Below are positions 1-8,699 of a DNA stretch of 34,024 bases, piece after piece. Location: contig JBMFOP010000022.1 in the NCBI GenBank assembly GCA_049969675.1, positions 1 to 34,024 of the forward strand. Direction: 5' to 3'. Both the position numbers and the translations under genes were made by a program. Origin of the DNA: Myxococcota bacterium. Its GTDB lineage: Bacteria > Myxococcota > SpSt-1050. The notes under the pieces are model-generated. The model was not told the DNA's origin. It ran no database searches and saw only the letters and a program-made list of their open reading frames with translations. Each line of letters starts with the position of its first letter. Within the stretch, counting starts at the first letter, position 1.

Positions 1-327
1 TTCATTACAACTGCAACGATAGAGTGTGTAAGAGATAAGTGTGATAATAACTATGAACTAAATCTATTCAGGTGGTATAGGGATAATTGGCTTGCAAATC
101 AGATTGGAGGTAAGGAGATTATAAAGAGGTATTATGAGATTGCCCCAGAGATAGTTAAAGAGATAAATAAAGATAGGGATAGCAGTAAGATATATACCGA
201 GATCTGGGATAAATATCTATCAGTATGCAAAAATAAGATAGAGTGCAAAGAGTATGAAGAGGCAAAGAGGATATATATTGAGATGGTAGAAAATTTGGCG
301 GATAGATATATTTACAGAAGGGGTTAG
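1..327 (+). CDS. 3' part of a CFI-box-CTERM-like domain protein (runs off the window edge; not in the ORF track)
   Basis: Frame +1 is open from base 1 to TAG at 325-327: FITTATIECVRDKCDNNYELNLFRWYRDNWLANQIGGKEIIKRYYEIAPEIVKEINK...; this matches the (C)FITTA...EL..LR.FRD..L....G...++.YY..AP.+ signature of CFI-box-CTERM domains. Confidence 0.8.
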   Translation, partial: FITTATIECVRDKCDNNYELNLFRWYRDNWLANQIGGKEIIKRYYEIAPEIVKEINKDRDSSKIYTEIWDKYLSVCKNKIECKEYEEAKRIYIEMVENLADRYIYRRG

Positions 328-331
328 CATT

Positions 332-1909
332 ATGATTATCAATAAAAGGGATGACCTGAAAAGAATACTTGGCGAATTTATTAAGTCCGGGATAAGGGGT
401 GTATATCTATATACAGAGGAGGTTCAGAGTATAAAGAGACTGATAAATGAGTCCTTAGAAGAGCTAAATTCACCATTTATATTATTTGAATATGATATAA
501 GCAGAGGTCTTACATCCAGCAATTTCAGACAGATTAATATCTTCAGGTCAAATGAGGAGAACAGAAATAAGACATTGGATATTAAATTTGTATTTGATTA
601 TATAATAAAGAACTTCTCACGGGAGCATTATAATGTTGTCCTGTTTGAAGGTGTAAATAAGAGGATTGAGATGGATGAAGAGTTTGCCTATGCATTATAT
701 AATGGCATTTCAGAATATACAAATAAGGGAGGATATTTTTATATTCTATCTTCAAATACCATAGTTCCCAATGCCATTAGCAAGAAGGTATTCTATATAG
801 ATGTCCCACTCTTTTCAAGAGATGAGATAAACAGATTACTTACCGATAGGATATTTAGAGATAAAGTGAAGGTTCATAGTGAGGAGATAAAGGAGAGGGT
901 AATAAATGCCCTGCACGGACTAACCGAAGAAGAGGTAAGGAATATAATTAATCTACTGGTATCAGATGGTGATTTAGATGAAGAAGATATAAAGACCATA
1001 GGATACTTAAAAAGGCAGATGATAAAGAAGGGCGGACTGCTTGAATTTGTTATATCAGAGGATAAGATGGAGAATGTCGGTGGGTTTGATGTCTTAAAGG
1101 AATGGATATCCAGAAAGAAGATTATTATAGATAGACTTGAAGAGGCAAAGAGGTTCGGAGTGGATATACCAAAGGGGATACTCCTGGTCGGGATGCCGGG
1201 CTGCGGTAAATCACTGGCTGCAAAGGCAATAGCGAATATATTGGGTATCCCGCTTCTAAGACTTGATATGGGTCTTATCCTGGGTCCTTATGTAGGGCAG
1301 TCCGAGGAGAATATCAGAAAGGCTATATTACAATCTGAATCAATAGCCCCCTGTGTTTTATGGATTGATGAGATAGAGAAGGCACTTACAGGTATTGGTG
1401 GAAGTGGGGGTAGTGCAGAGGTAACTACCAGAATATTTGGAACTCTTCTTACCTGGATGCAGGAGAAGAAGAAGATGGTCTTTGTAATAGCCACCTCAAA
1501 TGATATATCAAAGTTTCCACCAGAATTTCTCAGAAAAGGTAGATTTGATGAGATATTCTTTGTAGATTTCCCAAACAAGGAGGAGAAGGTTGAGATCCTG
1601 AAGATACACCTGAGAAAGAGGGGAAAGGAATACTGGTCTGATATGTTAGACTTAAATGGTATTGCGGAGAGGTGCAAAGATTACTCCGGTGCAGAGCTTG
1701 AATCTATTATATCTTCTATAGTAGAGGATGCATTTGTGAACGAAAAAACTGAACCTGACAGAGATTTTGTTGAGAAGAAATTAAAGGAATTTGTTCCATT
1801 GAGTGAGAGTATGAAAGATAAAATAAAAGAGTTAAAGGAGATGTGTAAAAAGTATAGATTTATTAGTGTAAGCAACAAGGAGGAAAAAGATGGAAAAAGA
1901 GAAAAGTAG
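332..1909 (+). CDS. AAA+ ATPase, Ycf46/SpoVK-like (degenerate N-terminal domain plus active C-terminal AAA domain)
   Basis: Walker A GMPGCGKS, pore loop YVGQSE, Walker B VLWIDE, sensor-1 ATSND, SRH PPEFLRKGRFDEIFFVD; VGGFDVLKEW entry motif; 525 aa. Confidence 0.92.
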   Translation: MIINKRDDLKRILGEFIKSGIRGVYLYTEEVQSIKRLINESLEELNSPFILFEYDISRGLTSSNFRQINIFRSNEENRNKTLDIKFVFDYIIKNFSREHYNVVLFEGVNKRIEMDEEFAYALYNGISEYTNKGGYFYILSSNTIVPNAISKKVFYIDVPLFSRDEINRLLTDRIFRDKVKVHSEEIKERVINALHGLTEEEVRNIINLLVSDGDLDEEDIKTIGYLKRQMIKKGGLLEFVISEDKMENVGGFDVLKEWISRKKIIIDRLEEAKRFGVDIPKGILLVGMPGCGKSLAAKAIANILGIPLLRLDMGLILGPYVGQSEENIRKAILQSESIAPCVLWIDEIEKALTGIGGSGGSAEVTTRIFGTLLTWMQEKKKMVFVIATSNDISKFPPEFLRKGRFDEIFFVDFPNKEEKVEILKIHLRKRGKEYWSDMLDLNGIAERCKDYSGAELESIISSIVEDAFVNEKTEPDRDFVEKKLKEFVPLSESMKDKIKELKEMCKKYRFISVSNKEEKDGKREK

Positions 1910-2291
1910 TATCAAAGAAGTGTTTATAGGGGATGGGATGGAGAAGGAGACAGTAAATTTTATCAATGAGATGATTGAGGATTATCAAAAGAATGCAGAG
2001 AATACTCAAAAGAGTCCAGAGGAGTGGTTGCAAGATGCACTAAAAAGACATTTCCCTGATCTGAAAGAAGAGGAGGTGGAAAAGATAAAGAATGAGATTA
2101 TCAATGGGATAAGGGATTACAGAAAGGCAAAGGAGGAGAAGACCACTATCAGGGAGGTGCTTATGAAGGCGCGGAAGTTTAATAATGATGTCTATCAGAA
2201 GATAATTGGTAAGATTAAGGAGGTTCTGGAGACGATAGGTATAAAACAGACAGATGTTCTGGATAAGAGAGAAGGAGGGGAGACAAAATGA
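1890..2291 (+). CDS. hypothetical charged alpha-helical protein
   Basis: 133-aa ORF, AGGAGG RBS upstream, 20-nt overlap with the AAA gene; alternative start ATG at 1938. Confidence 0.8.
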   Translation: MEKEKSSIKEVFIGDGMEKETVNFINEMIEDYQKNAENTQKSPEEWLQDALKRHFPDLKEEEVEKIKNEIINGIRDYRKAKEEKTTIREVLMKARKFNNDVYQKIIGKIKEVLETIGIKQTDVLDKREGGETK

Positions 2292-2701
2292 ATAAGATAA
2301 GAAATAAAGATGTACTGGATATAGTCTATGCCGCTGGATTATACAAAGCCAATCAGGCTGGTGTTTATGGAAATCAAAATACCTCACCTTATGAAGTAGG
2401 GGTGATGGGAGGTACATCAACTGATATTAATGAGGCAGAAGCCCTCAGGAATGAGGGTAAGATTGGTGATGAAGAATATACTGCCAATGTTGTGAATGCC
2501 ATCTCTGCGGCTTCTTCAATACTTATAAATAATGCCATTCAAAGGGGCCTTGATATTGTAGAAACCTTTGTTAATAACCATATACCAGTACTCGCCCCGG
2601 TTGTTCCAGTTGTCAGAAGTGTTGCTGTTATACTCGCTAATAAAGTCGTTGAAGCTGGCAGGAAGGTCTTTAACTGGTTAAAGGAAAAAATATTTGGATG
2701 A
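2288..2701 (+). CDS. hypothetical protein with hydrophobic/amphipathic C-terminus
   Basis: 137-aa ORF, ATGA overlap with the upstream gene, GGAGGGGAG RBS; C-terminus IPVLAPVVPVVRSVAVILANKVVEAGRKVFNWLKEKIFG. Confidence 0.8.
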   Translation: MNKIRNKDVLDIVYAAGLYKANQAGVYGNQNTSPYEVGVMGGTSTDINEAEALRNEGKIGDEEYTANVVNAISAASSILINNAIQRGLDIVETFVNNHIPVLAPVVPVVRSVAVILANKVVEAGRKVFNWLKEKIFG

Positions 2702-2707
2702 TTTATT

Positions 2708-2920
2708 ATGCAGACAAATATCTCAAAAGTTATGAGAGTCTGTGCCACCTGTGAATACTGGGCATCAAATAGAGATACAGACTATATGAAGATGAATGTT
2801 GTAATTGATATGCTGGCCTCTAATGGTGTATGTATGAGAGCGGGTTCTCCCTTTTTCAGGGTGAGGACAACCCCCAATACCAGTTGTATGAACTGGCAGA
2901 TGTGGCAGATTTTGAGATAG
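2708..2920 (+). CDS. small four-Cys (probable metal-binding) protein
   Basis: 70 aa, CATCEYW...GVC...SCMNW; starts 6 nt after the upstream stop. Confidence 0.7.
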   Translation: MQTNISKVMRVCATCEYWASNRDTDYMKMNVVIDMLASNGVCMRAGSPFFRVRTTPNTSCMNWQMWQILR

Positions 2921-3299
2921 AATCTATTATTTCAGACTCTATTTTTATATAGGTTGTTTAAGCCTAATTCGGTATAGCCGAAACCAAATGTCTTAGAAAA
3001 TCTTCTGCACATTTTGCATAGAAGTTACGATTAAAGAATCTAAAAAAGATTGGTTCTCCTTATCAGACCACCAGTTTTAAATGACAACCTTTCTATTAAG
3101 GATGTAATCCTTCATAAAATATTGGAATTGTAATTGGCACTTAGATGTAATTAAAGGGCAACTGGAGGCATGCAATTTACATTCATATAAAGCCTCCCCT
3201 AAAAAATTCAATATCTCTGAGGTTTCAATTTTGGACAGATGTGAAATCAAATGAAATTGTATCTGGCACTTTTTATCATTTTATAATATGAAAATTTTG

Positions 3300-3331
3300 T
3301 TGACACAGAATATGCAATATTGTATACAATA
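3300..3331 (+). promoter_or_regulatory. sigma70-type promoter overlapped by a perfect 14-bp palindrome (putative GntR operator)
   Basis: TTGACA at 3300-3305, TACAAT at 3325-3330 (19-nt spacer, suboptimal); TATTGTATACAATA at 3318-3331 is self-complementary. Confidence 0.7.
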
Positions 3332-3335
3332 ATGT

Positions 3336-4007
3336 ATGAAGGCTTTCAAAAATAAGAATGTCAAATCAGAAAGTACAGAAAGTATTTATGAAAGATTAAA
3401 AGAGATGATTATATCCCGTGAACTTCTTCCCAATCAGAAGATCGTGGAGCTTGAGATTTCTAAGAGATTGAATGTCAGCAGGACGCCGCTCAGGGAGGCT
3501 TTAAGACGGCTTGAGGCGGAGGGGTATGTAAATTATTATAAGAATAGAGGTGCGGTGGTCTCTTATCTCAGTCCAGAGGAGATTGAGGAGAGATTTATCT
3601 ACTTCTCTAATTTACTTGCCTTTGCATCTTCATTAAGTGTGGAATTTATTACAAAAAAACAGATAGATGAACTCAAGAACTTTGATGAAAAGATGTCCGG
3701 ATGTTCAACTCAAGCAGACAGAATACAATGGGTAGCATACAATCAGAGCTTTCATATAACACTTCTGGCTGCCTGTCCCAATCATTATCTCTTGAGTCAA
3801 TTGACAAAAGAGGGTGAAAGATTATGGAGATATTGGGCGAGTGCCTTTAATATGGTCTTTGACCTGAATGAATATCAGGATGAACATAAAGAGATTATAA
3901 ATCTGGTACAGAATAAAGACAAAGAAGGGATTTATAGATTGGTCTATAGACATACATCAAAATTCGTAGATAGGATAAAACTTATTGCTGGTTCAATAAT
4001 CACATAG
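3336..4007 (+). CDS. GntR family transcriptional regulator (FadR/FCD subfamily)
   Basis: wHTH ELEISKRLNVSRTPLREALRRLEAEG; FCD motifs NQSFH, NHYL, EHKEII, RH. Confidence 0.93.
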   Translation: MKAFKNKNVKSESTESIYERLKEMIISRELLPNQKIVELEISKRLNVSRTPLREALRRLEAEGYVNYYKNRGAVVSYLSPEEIEERFIYFSNLLAFASSLSVEFITKKQIDELKNFDEKMSGCSTQADRIQWVAYNQSFHITLLAACPNHYLLSQLTKEGERLWRYWASAFNMVFDLNEYQDEHKEIINLVQNKDKEGIYRLVYRHTSKFVDRIKLIAGSIIT

Positions 4008-4015
4008 TTAATAAT

Positions 4016-5134
4016 ATGTGGATAATTAGTGATTTACATATTTCTGATAGATTCTCTCTCATAAATAGAGCGGAGATTGAGAGGATTTTAGATTTCTTAA
4101 AAAATATGGATGCAGATGAGATTGTTTTTAATGGAGATATCTTTGACTTTGCCCGAGTCTATAATATTCCAGAAGGGAAGATTGTATCCAGAAGGGAGAG
4201 AAGGTATGGACTTGCCTCTTCTGAGCAGAATGCCTTGTTGAAGATGAGGATGATTATTGATTCAAATAAATATTTCTTTGATGCTATAGGTATACTTCTG
4301 AAAAAAGGATTTAAGATAACATTCTTATTGGGGAATCATGATTCAGAGCTCAGATATAATTCTGTCCAGAGGTTGATTGAAGAAGCAGCAGGTGATTCTC
4401 AAAAGAGATTGCATTTTGATAAAATTTATTTCAAAGATGGTATTTATATTGAACACGGGCATCAGTTTGACCCTGAAAACAGGTTGGTTTATGTTGATGG
4501 AGCACTACCTTCTGAAGAGTATTCTTTTGGATATGTTACCTCAAAATACTTTGGCAATATAATTGAAAGAGAGAAGGGGCTCCCACGAAATGACATCTCT
4601 GCTGGAGAATATTTTATCTGGGTCTTTAGGAATTTTGGATTAAGGGCTTTCTTCTTTATTTTCCGATATTTTATTTATGCATTTATAGTGCTGTCCAGAA
4701 GCGGGAAAAATTTTTTCCTCAGCAATGGAGAATATGAAGATGACCTCTATGCCACCCCTATTATGACTTCTATAAGACTGACATTAAAGAGGTTATATCT
4801 CATTCAGGTCTCTATATCTATACTCCTCCTCTTTATATTACTCTTGACTTTGATAATTAAGCCAAACCATCTTTATATTCCGGTGCTTGGATTTATACTT
4901 TGTATAATACCATTGTTTTCCATCAATAACAGGAATAAGATTGATAAGATTTTAAGTGATGCATCACAAAAGTTGAAGATTAATTATAATGCAGATAAAA
5001 TTGTATTCGGTCATAATCACTATGCTGATATGAGAGAGTGGCGAGAATATCTCTCAAGTAAACCTATTCTGGATGACGGAAATATATATATTTTAAGGGT
5101 CAGTTGCGAGGGGTCATTGTATCAGAAGATTTAA
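4016..5134 (+). CDS. calcineurin-like metallophosphoesterase (LpxH-like) with internal transmembrane segments
   Basis: ISDLH, NGDIFD, GNHD, EHGHQFD and FGHNH motifs; hydrophobic stretches at about aa 200-227 and 262-303. Confidence 0.85.
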   Translation: MWIISDLHISDRFSLINRAEIERILDFLKNMDADEIVFNGDIFDFARVYNIPEGKIVSRRERRYGLASSEQNALLKMRMIIDSNKYFFDAIGILLKKGFKITFLLGNHDSELRYNSVQRLIEEAAGDSQKRLHFDKIYFKDGIYIEHGHQFDPENRLVYVDGALPSEEYSFGYVTSKYFGNIIEREKGLPRNDISAGEYFIWVFRNFGLRAFFFIFRYFIYAFIVLSRSGKNFFLSNGEYEDDLYATPIMTSIRLTLKRLYLIQVSISILLLFILLLTLIIKPNHLYIPVLGFILCIIPLFSINNRNKIDKILSDASQKLKINYNADKIVFGHNHYADMREWREYLSSKPILDDGNIYILRVSCEGSLYQKI

Positions 5135-5149
5135 TGAAAGGAGCATTTT

Positions 5150-6526
5150 ATGTTAGAGGTATCAAAAGAAGATTTCATCTCAAACCTTATAAATGAACTT
5201 CCCCCCGAATTTTTATCTCATCCCGATATAGATAAATTTATAACCGGGGCAACCAATCTCATAAAGGATAATCCAGCAGTGCTCTCGTGGATAATTCGTA
5301 TATTTAATTCACTCAATAGTTACACGAGGAGACGTTTTGTTGAGACATTTGTCAAAAGTGTGATTATGGAATCAATGCCTCTCAGAAGAAAATTTATGGA
5401 AGAGAATGGGATTACTGCCCCCTTTACTGTGGTAATAAATCCTACCATGCGATGCAATCTTATGTGTACGGGTTGTTATTCATATAAGTATGCAAAGAGG
5501 GATATAGAATATATCTACATAAAGAGACTTTTATCTGAGGTCAAAAATTATGGAGTCAGATTTATAACCATATCAGGTGGTGAACCGCTTCTATATAAAG
5601 AATTGTTTGAGATGGTAGAGGAATTTTCAGATATGGTATTCCTGATGTACACAAACGGACTTTTAATAGATGAGGATATGGCTGGAAGAATTGCTAAGGC
5701 TGGAAATCTATTTCCTGCTATATCTGTTGAAGGTTTTGAGGATGAGACTGATGAACGGAGGGGTAAAGGGGTATTCAAATCTGTACTTAATGCAATGAAT
5801 GCCCTGAAAAGTAAAGGGGTATTCTTTGGATTCTCTGTTACTCCCACCTCAAAAAATGCCGATATAATTGCTGATGACAGATTTATTGATTTTTATATTG
5901 AGAAAGGGGCGCTTTTTGGGTGGCTCTTTACATATATCCCGGTTGGCAGGAGCCCCGATGTCTCTCTTATGGCAACACCACAACAGAGAGAGAATTTGAG
6001 AAGAAAGACCCAGCAGTGGACATTCTCAAGACCCATCTTCCTCGGCGACTTTTTTAACGATGGAGTATGTACCGGTGGATGTCTATCAGCCTCCCGTTAT
6101 TGTTATGTCACTGTTGAGGGAGATATGCAACCCTGTACATTTGTGCAGTTTGCAACGCACAATATAAAGAGTAGTTCATTCATTGAAATCTGGAAGAGCC
6201 CGCTCTTTGAAAATATCAGAAAGAGACAGCCTTATTCAAAGAATCTATTAAGGGTATGTAAGATTATTGATAATCCCCATATACTTGCCGAGGTTGTATC
6301 TGAAAGTGGTGCAAGGCCTACCTGCAACGGGGCTGATGATATATTAAAGAACGAAAAGACCCGTGAATTTTTAAAAAAATACTCCGAAGAGTGGGGAGAG
6401 ATAGCTGATAGGGCATGGCTCTCCAATGATTATAAGGGTGGCTCAAATGTATATATCCCATTTGTCGGTAGAAGAGATGTATATAACTGGTTTGTTCAAC
6501 TGAGAGATAAAATGTTCCAGAAGTAA
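5150..6526 (+). CDS. radical SAM protein with SPASM/twitch-like C-terminal Cys
   Basis: CNLMCTGC, SGGEP, YTNG, SVEG motifs; C-terminal CTGGC...PC...C. Confidence 0.92.
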   Translation: MLEVSKEDFISNLINELPPEFLSHPDIDKFITGATNLIKDNPAVLSWIIRIFNSLNSYTRRRFVETFVKSVIMESMPLRRKFMEENGITAPFTVVINPTMRCNLMCTGCYSYKYAKRDIEYIYIKRLLSEVKNYGVRFITISGGEPLLYKELFEMVEEFSDMVFLMYTNGLLIDEDMAGRIAKAGNLFPAISVEGFEDETDERRGKGVFKSVLNAMNALKSKGVFFGFSVTPTSKNADIIADDRFIDFYIEKGALFGWLFTYIPVGRSPDVSLMATPQQRENLRRKTQQWTFSRPIFLGDFFNDGVCTGGCLSASRYCYVTVEGDMQPCTFVQFATHNIKSSSFIEIWKSPLFENIRKRQPYSKNLLRVCKIIDNPHILAEVVSESGARPTCNGADDILKNEKTREFLKKYSEEWGEIADRAWLSNDYKGGSNVYIPFVGRRDVYNWFVQLRDKMFQK

Positions 6527-6595
6527 TACCTTTATTTTTTAGGTTGATTTAGGGTATTTATTTGATATTATAATATTCTCAGTGAGGTGGAAATT

Positions 6596-8590
6596 ATGAG
6601 GAATAATATTGCTATAGCATTGTTGCTTATCTCTCTTTTAGGGTGTGTAAATGCTGAGATAAAGGAATCTGATGTAGAGAAGAAGTATTCTCTTACATTA
6701 ATCCCCGAATCCAATGACCTTGTGCTGACAGCACTCCCCGGAGATAATATTAAGTTCAAATTGAAGGTTGAAGGACTCTCTCCTCTTAAAAATATGGTGT
6801 TTTATGCAGATTCAGATTTTATTGATATAAGCGGAATACAGAATAAGACCCCTCCTTATCAGGTTGAGATAACAAATTTTTTTATTGATAAAAATTCGCC
6901 TGAAAAGAGAATACTCTGCAAAGTTGTGGGTGAGACCATAGATGGTATGTTTGTAACTTCAAATACAGTTATAGTAAAAGTGATTGATATGAATGCCCCT
7001 CAGATAATAAAGTTTGCGAAGGAGCAGAGTCCGGTTGACACAATAATTTCAGATTCCACATTTTCAATTATTGTTGAGGCACAGGATTTAAACTCTGGAA
7101 TAAGCAAGATAGAACTTTATGATGCAAACAACTACATTCGCACAAAGATTTTGGATGTATTCACAGAAAAATATGTGAGCAGGCGATATAATATAGTTGC
7201 CCCACAGAATATCTGTGGTATTGTCCAGATGGTGCTCAGGGTTTATGATGCCTCTTCTCAATCCAATTTTTCAGAGAGGAGTCTTCTGTTGAAGATCAAT
7301 GGACATCCATTTGATGAGAATGCACCAGAGGTTTCATTTGTTAGTCCAGAGCAGAACTCAACAGCCAACATTGGTGAGACAATAAACATAAGAGTAAAGG
7401 CTGAGGACGACTGTTCACTTGTTAATAGATTGCACTACTTTACATCTTATGATGAACAGGACCATATTGTTAACATTGTAAATCCGATGAGAGTGGTAGA
7501 AGAGGTCATCCCATTAATAGTTCCTCAAACTTTATCGGATGGAGAGGAATTTTCATTCTTTGTCTGGGCAGAGGATACAAACAATCCGGTACACGGTTCA
7601 AAGGATAATGCAATAGAACTCAGGCTCGTGGCGTCAGGTAAAGATATACCATCAGTGGTAATCAACTCCCCACAGGATAATATCAATGTCTCAATTGGGG
7701 ATAAGATAAATATTAGTGGGACAGCGATCTCCAAACGGCATCAGATAAAGGAGATAACCCTCAGGCTTGGGGGTTCATATACCGAGGTCAGGAACAATCA
7801 GCTCAGTCCTCCTCAGGCTACTGTCTCTTTTAGATTTGATTTTACAATCCCACAGACATTGAAATCAGGAGACCAGATTCTTATATATGTTGATGCAAAA
7901 GATGATTCTTCTTCAGAGAGTATTGGAACGGCCGGTCCTGTCAGATTGAATGTGGTTGCTCAAAAGCCAATAGTCCAGATCCTATCTCCCACCAACAACG
8001 ATATATTTTATCCTTTAGGGACTATTGGTACTTCGGTATTTGCTCAGTCACAGGTCTCTTCCATTGTTTCAATTTCATATCATCTCTCTGGCATAGAAGG
8101 AGTGGCTGTAGATGAGACATTTACTCCGGCACCCCCACAGAAATCTATCTCAACCACATTCAATTATAAACTCCCGGAGGATGTCCCTGAGGGCACCCTG
8201 AATATTTCGGCAGAGGCGCTGGATAAGGAGAATAATAAAGGTATATCAGAGATTATAAATGTGAAAGTCATAGATAATATAAAACCAGTTATAAGTGTAA
8301 AATCCCCACCATATAACAGTCTGGTAGATGCTGGTTCATCAGTAGATATAGTCGTAAATGTTGAAGATAAGAATAGCAATGTGGCAGAGGTTGATGCAAA
8401 TGTTATAAGTCCTTATACAGATTACAGGAAGTTGCTTATCAACAAGAAGAGTGATGAGGTGAAATTTACTTTCAATATACCTGATAATCTTCTTTCAAAT
8501 CAGATTATTACAATTCAGATATTTGCTTTTGATGATTCAACACTTAATAACAAATCAGAGGTAATTCAATGGCGATTGAGGGTTCGCTAA
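6596..8590 (+). CDS. lipoprotein with about 5-6 tandem bacterial Ig-like domains
   Basis: Start moved to ATG 6596 (GAGGTGG RBS); lipobox LLGC; repeating P-x-V-x-I-x-SP domain starts (APEVSFVSP, IPSVVINSP, KPIVQILSP, KPVISVKSP) about 100 aa apart. Confidence 0.8.
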   Translation: MRNNIAIALLLISLLGCVNAEIKESDVEKKYSLTLIPESNDLVLTALPGDNIKFKLKVEGLSPLKNMVFYADSDFIDISGIQNKTPPYQVEITNFFIDKNSPEKRILCKVVGETIDGMFVTSNTVIVKVIDMNAPQIIKFAKEQSPVDTIISDSTFSIIVEAQDLNSGISKIELYDANNYIRTKILDVFTEKYVSRRYNIVAPQNICGIVQMVLRVYDASSQSNFSERSLLLKINGHPFDENAPEVSFVSPEQNSTANIGETINIRVKAEDDCSLVNRLHYFTSYDEQDHIVNIVNPMRVVEEVIPLIVPQTLSDGEEFSFFVWAEDTNNPVHGSKDNAIELRLVASGKDIPSVVINSPQDNINVSIGDKINISGTAISKRHQIKEITLRLGGSYTEVRNNQLSPPQATVSFRFDFTIPQTLKSGDQILIYVDAKDDSSSESIGTAGPVRLNVVAQKPIVQILSPTNNDIFYPLGTIGTSVFAQSQVSSIVSISYHLSGIEGVAVDETFTPAPPQKSISTTFNYKLPEDVPEGTLNISAEALDKENNKGISEIINVKVIDNIKPVISVKSPPYNSLVDAGSSVDIVVNVEDKNSNVAEVDANVISPYTDYRKLLINKKSDEVKFTFNIPDNLLSNQIITIQIFAFDDSTLNNKSEVIQWRLRVR

Positions 8591-8598
8591 TAGTTTCC

Positions 8599-8672
8599 GG
8601 GCGATTAGCTCAATTGGATAGAGCGTTGGCCTCCGGAGCCGAAGGTTGCAGGTTCGAGCCCTGTATCGCCCG
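8599..8672 (+). tRNA. tRNA-Arg(CCG), CCA not encoded
   Basis: Acceptor stem GGGCGAT/ATCGCCC, D arm GCTC-AATTGGATA-GAGC, anticodon arm TTGGC-CT CCG GA-GCCGA (CCG at 8633-8635), T arm GCAGG-TTCGAGC-CCTGT. Confidence 0.96.
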
Positions 8673-8699
8673 CATATTATATATCGCTGGAGGTATTTT

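Noticed and set aside
2950..2982. Two small hairpins (TAGGTT/AGCCTA and TTCGG/CCGAA) after the AAA operon as a terminator
   Set aside because: Short stems and no U-tract; not enough support for a call.
3135..3280. Two TGGCAC motifs as sigma54 promoters; GGAGGC/GCCTCC repeat with a 6-codon ORF
   Set aside because: No GC at the -12 position; RBS-ATG spacing is too short and the repeat is only 6 bp.
8646..8699. N-terminal extension of the PilZ ORF given in the track
   Set aside because: It overlaps the tRNA-Arg 3' half; ATG 8700 has a GGAGG RBS.
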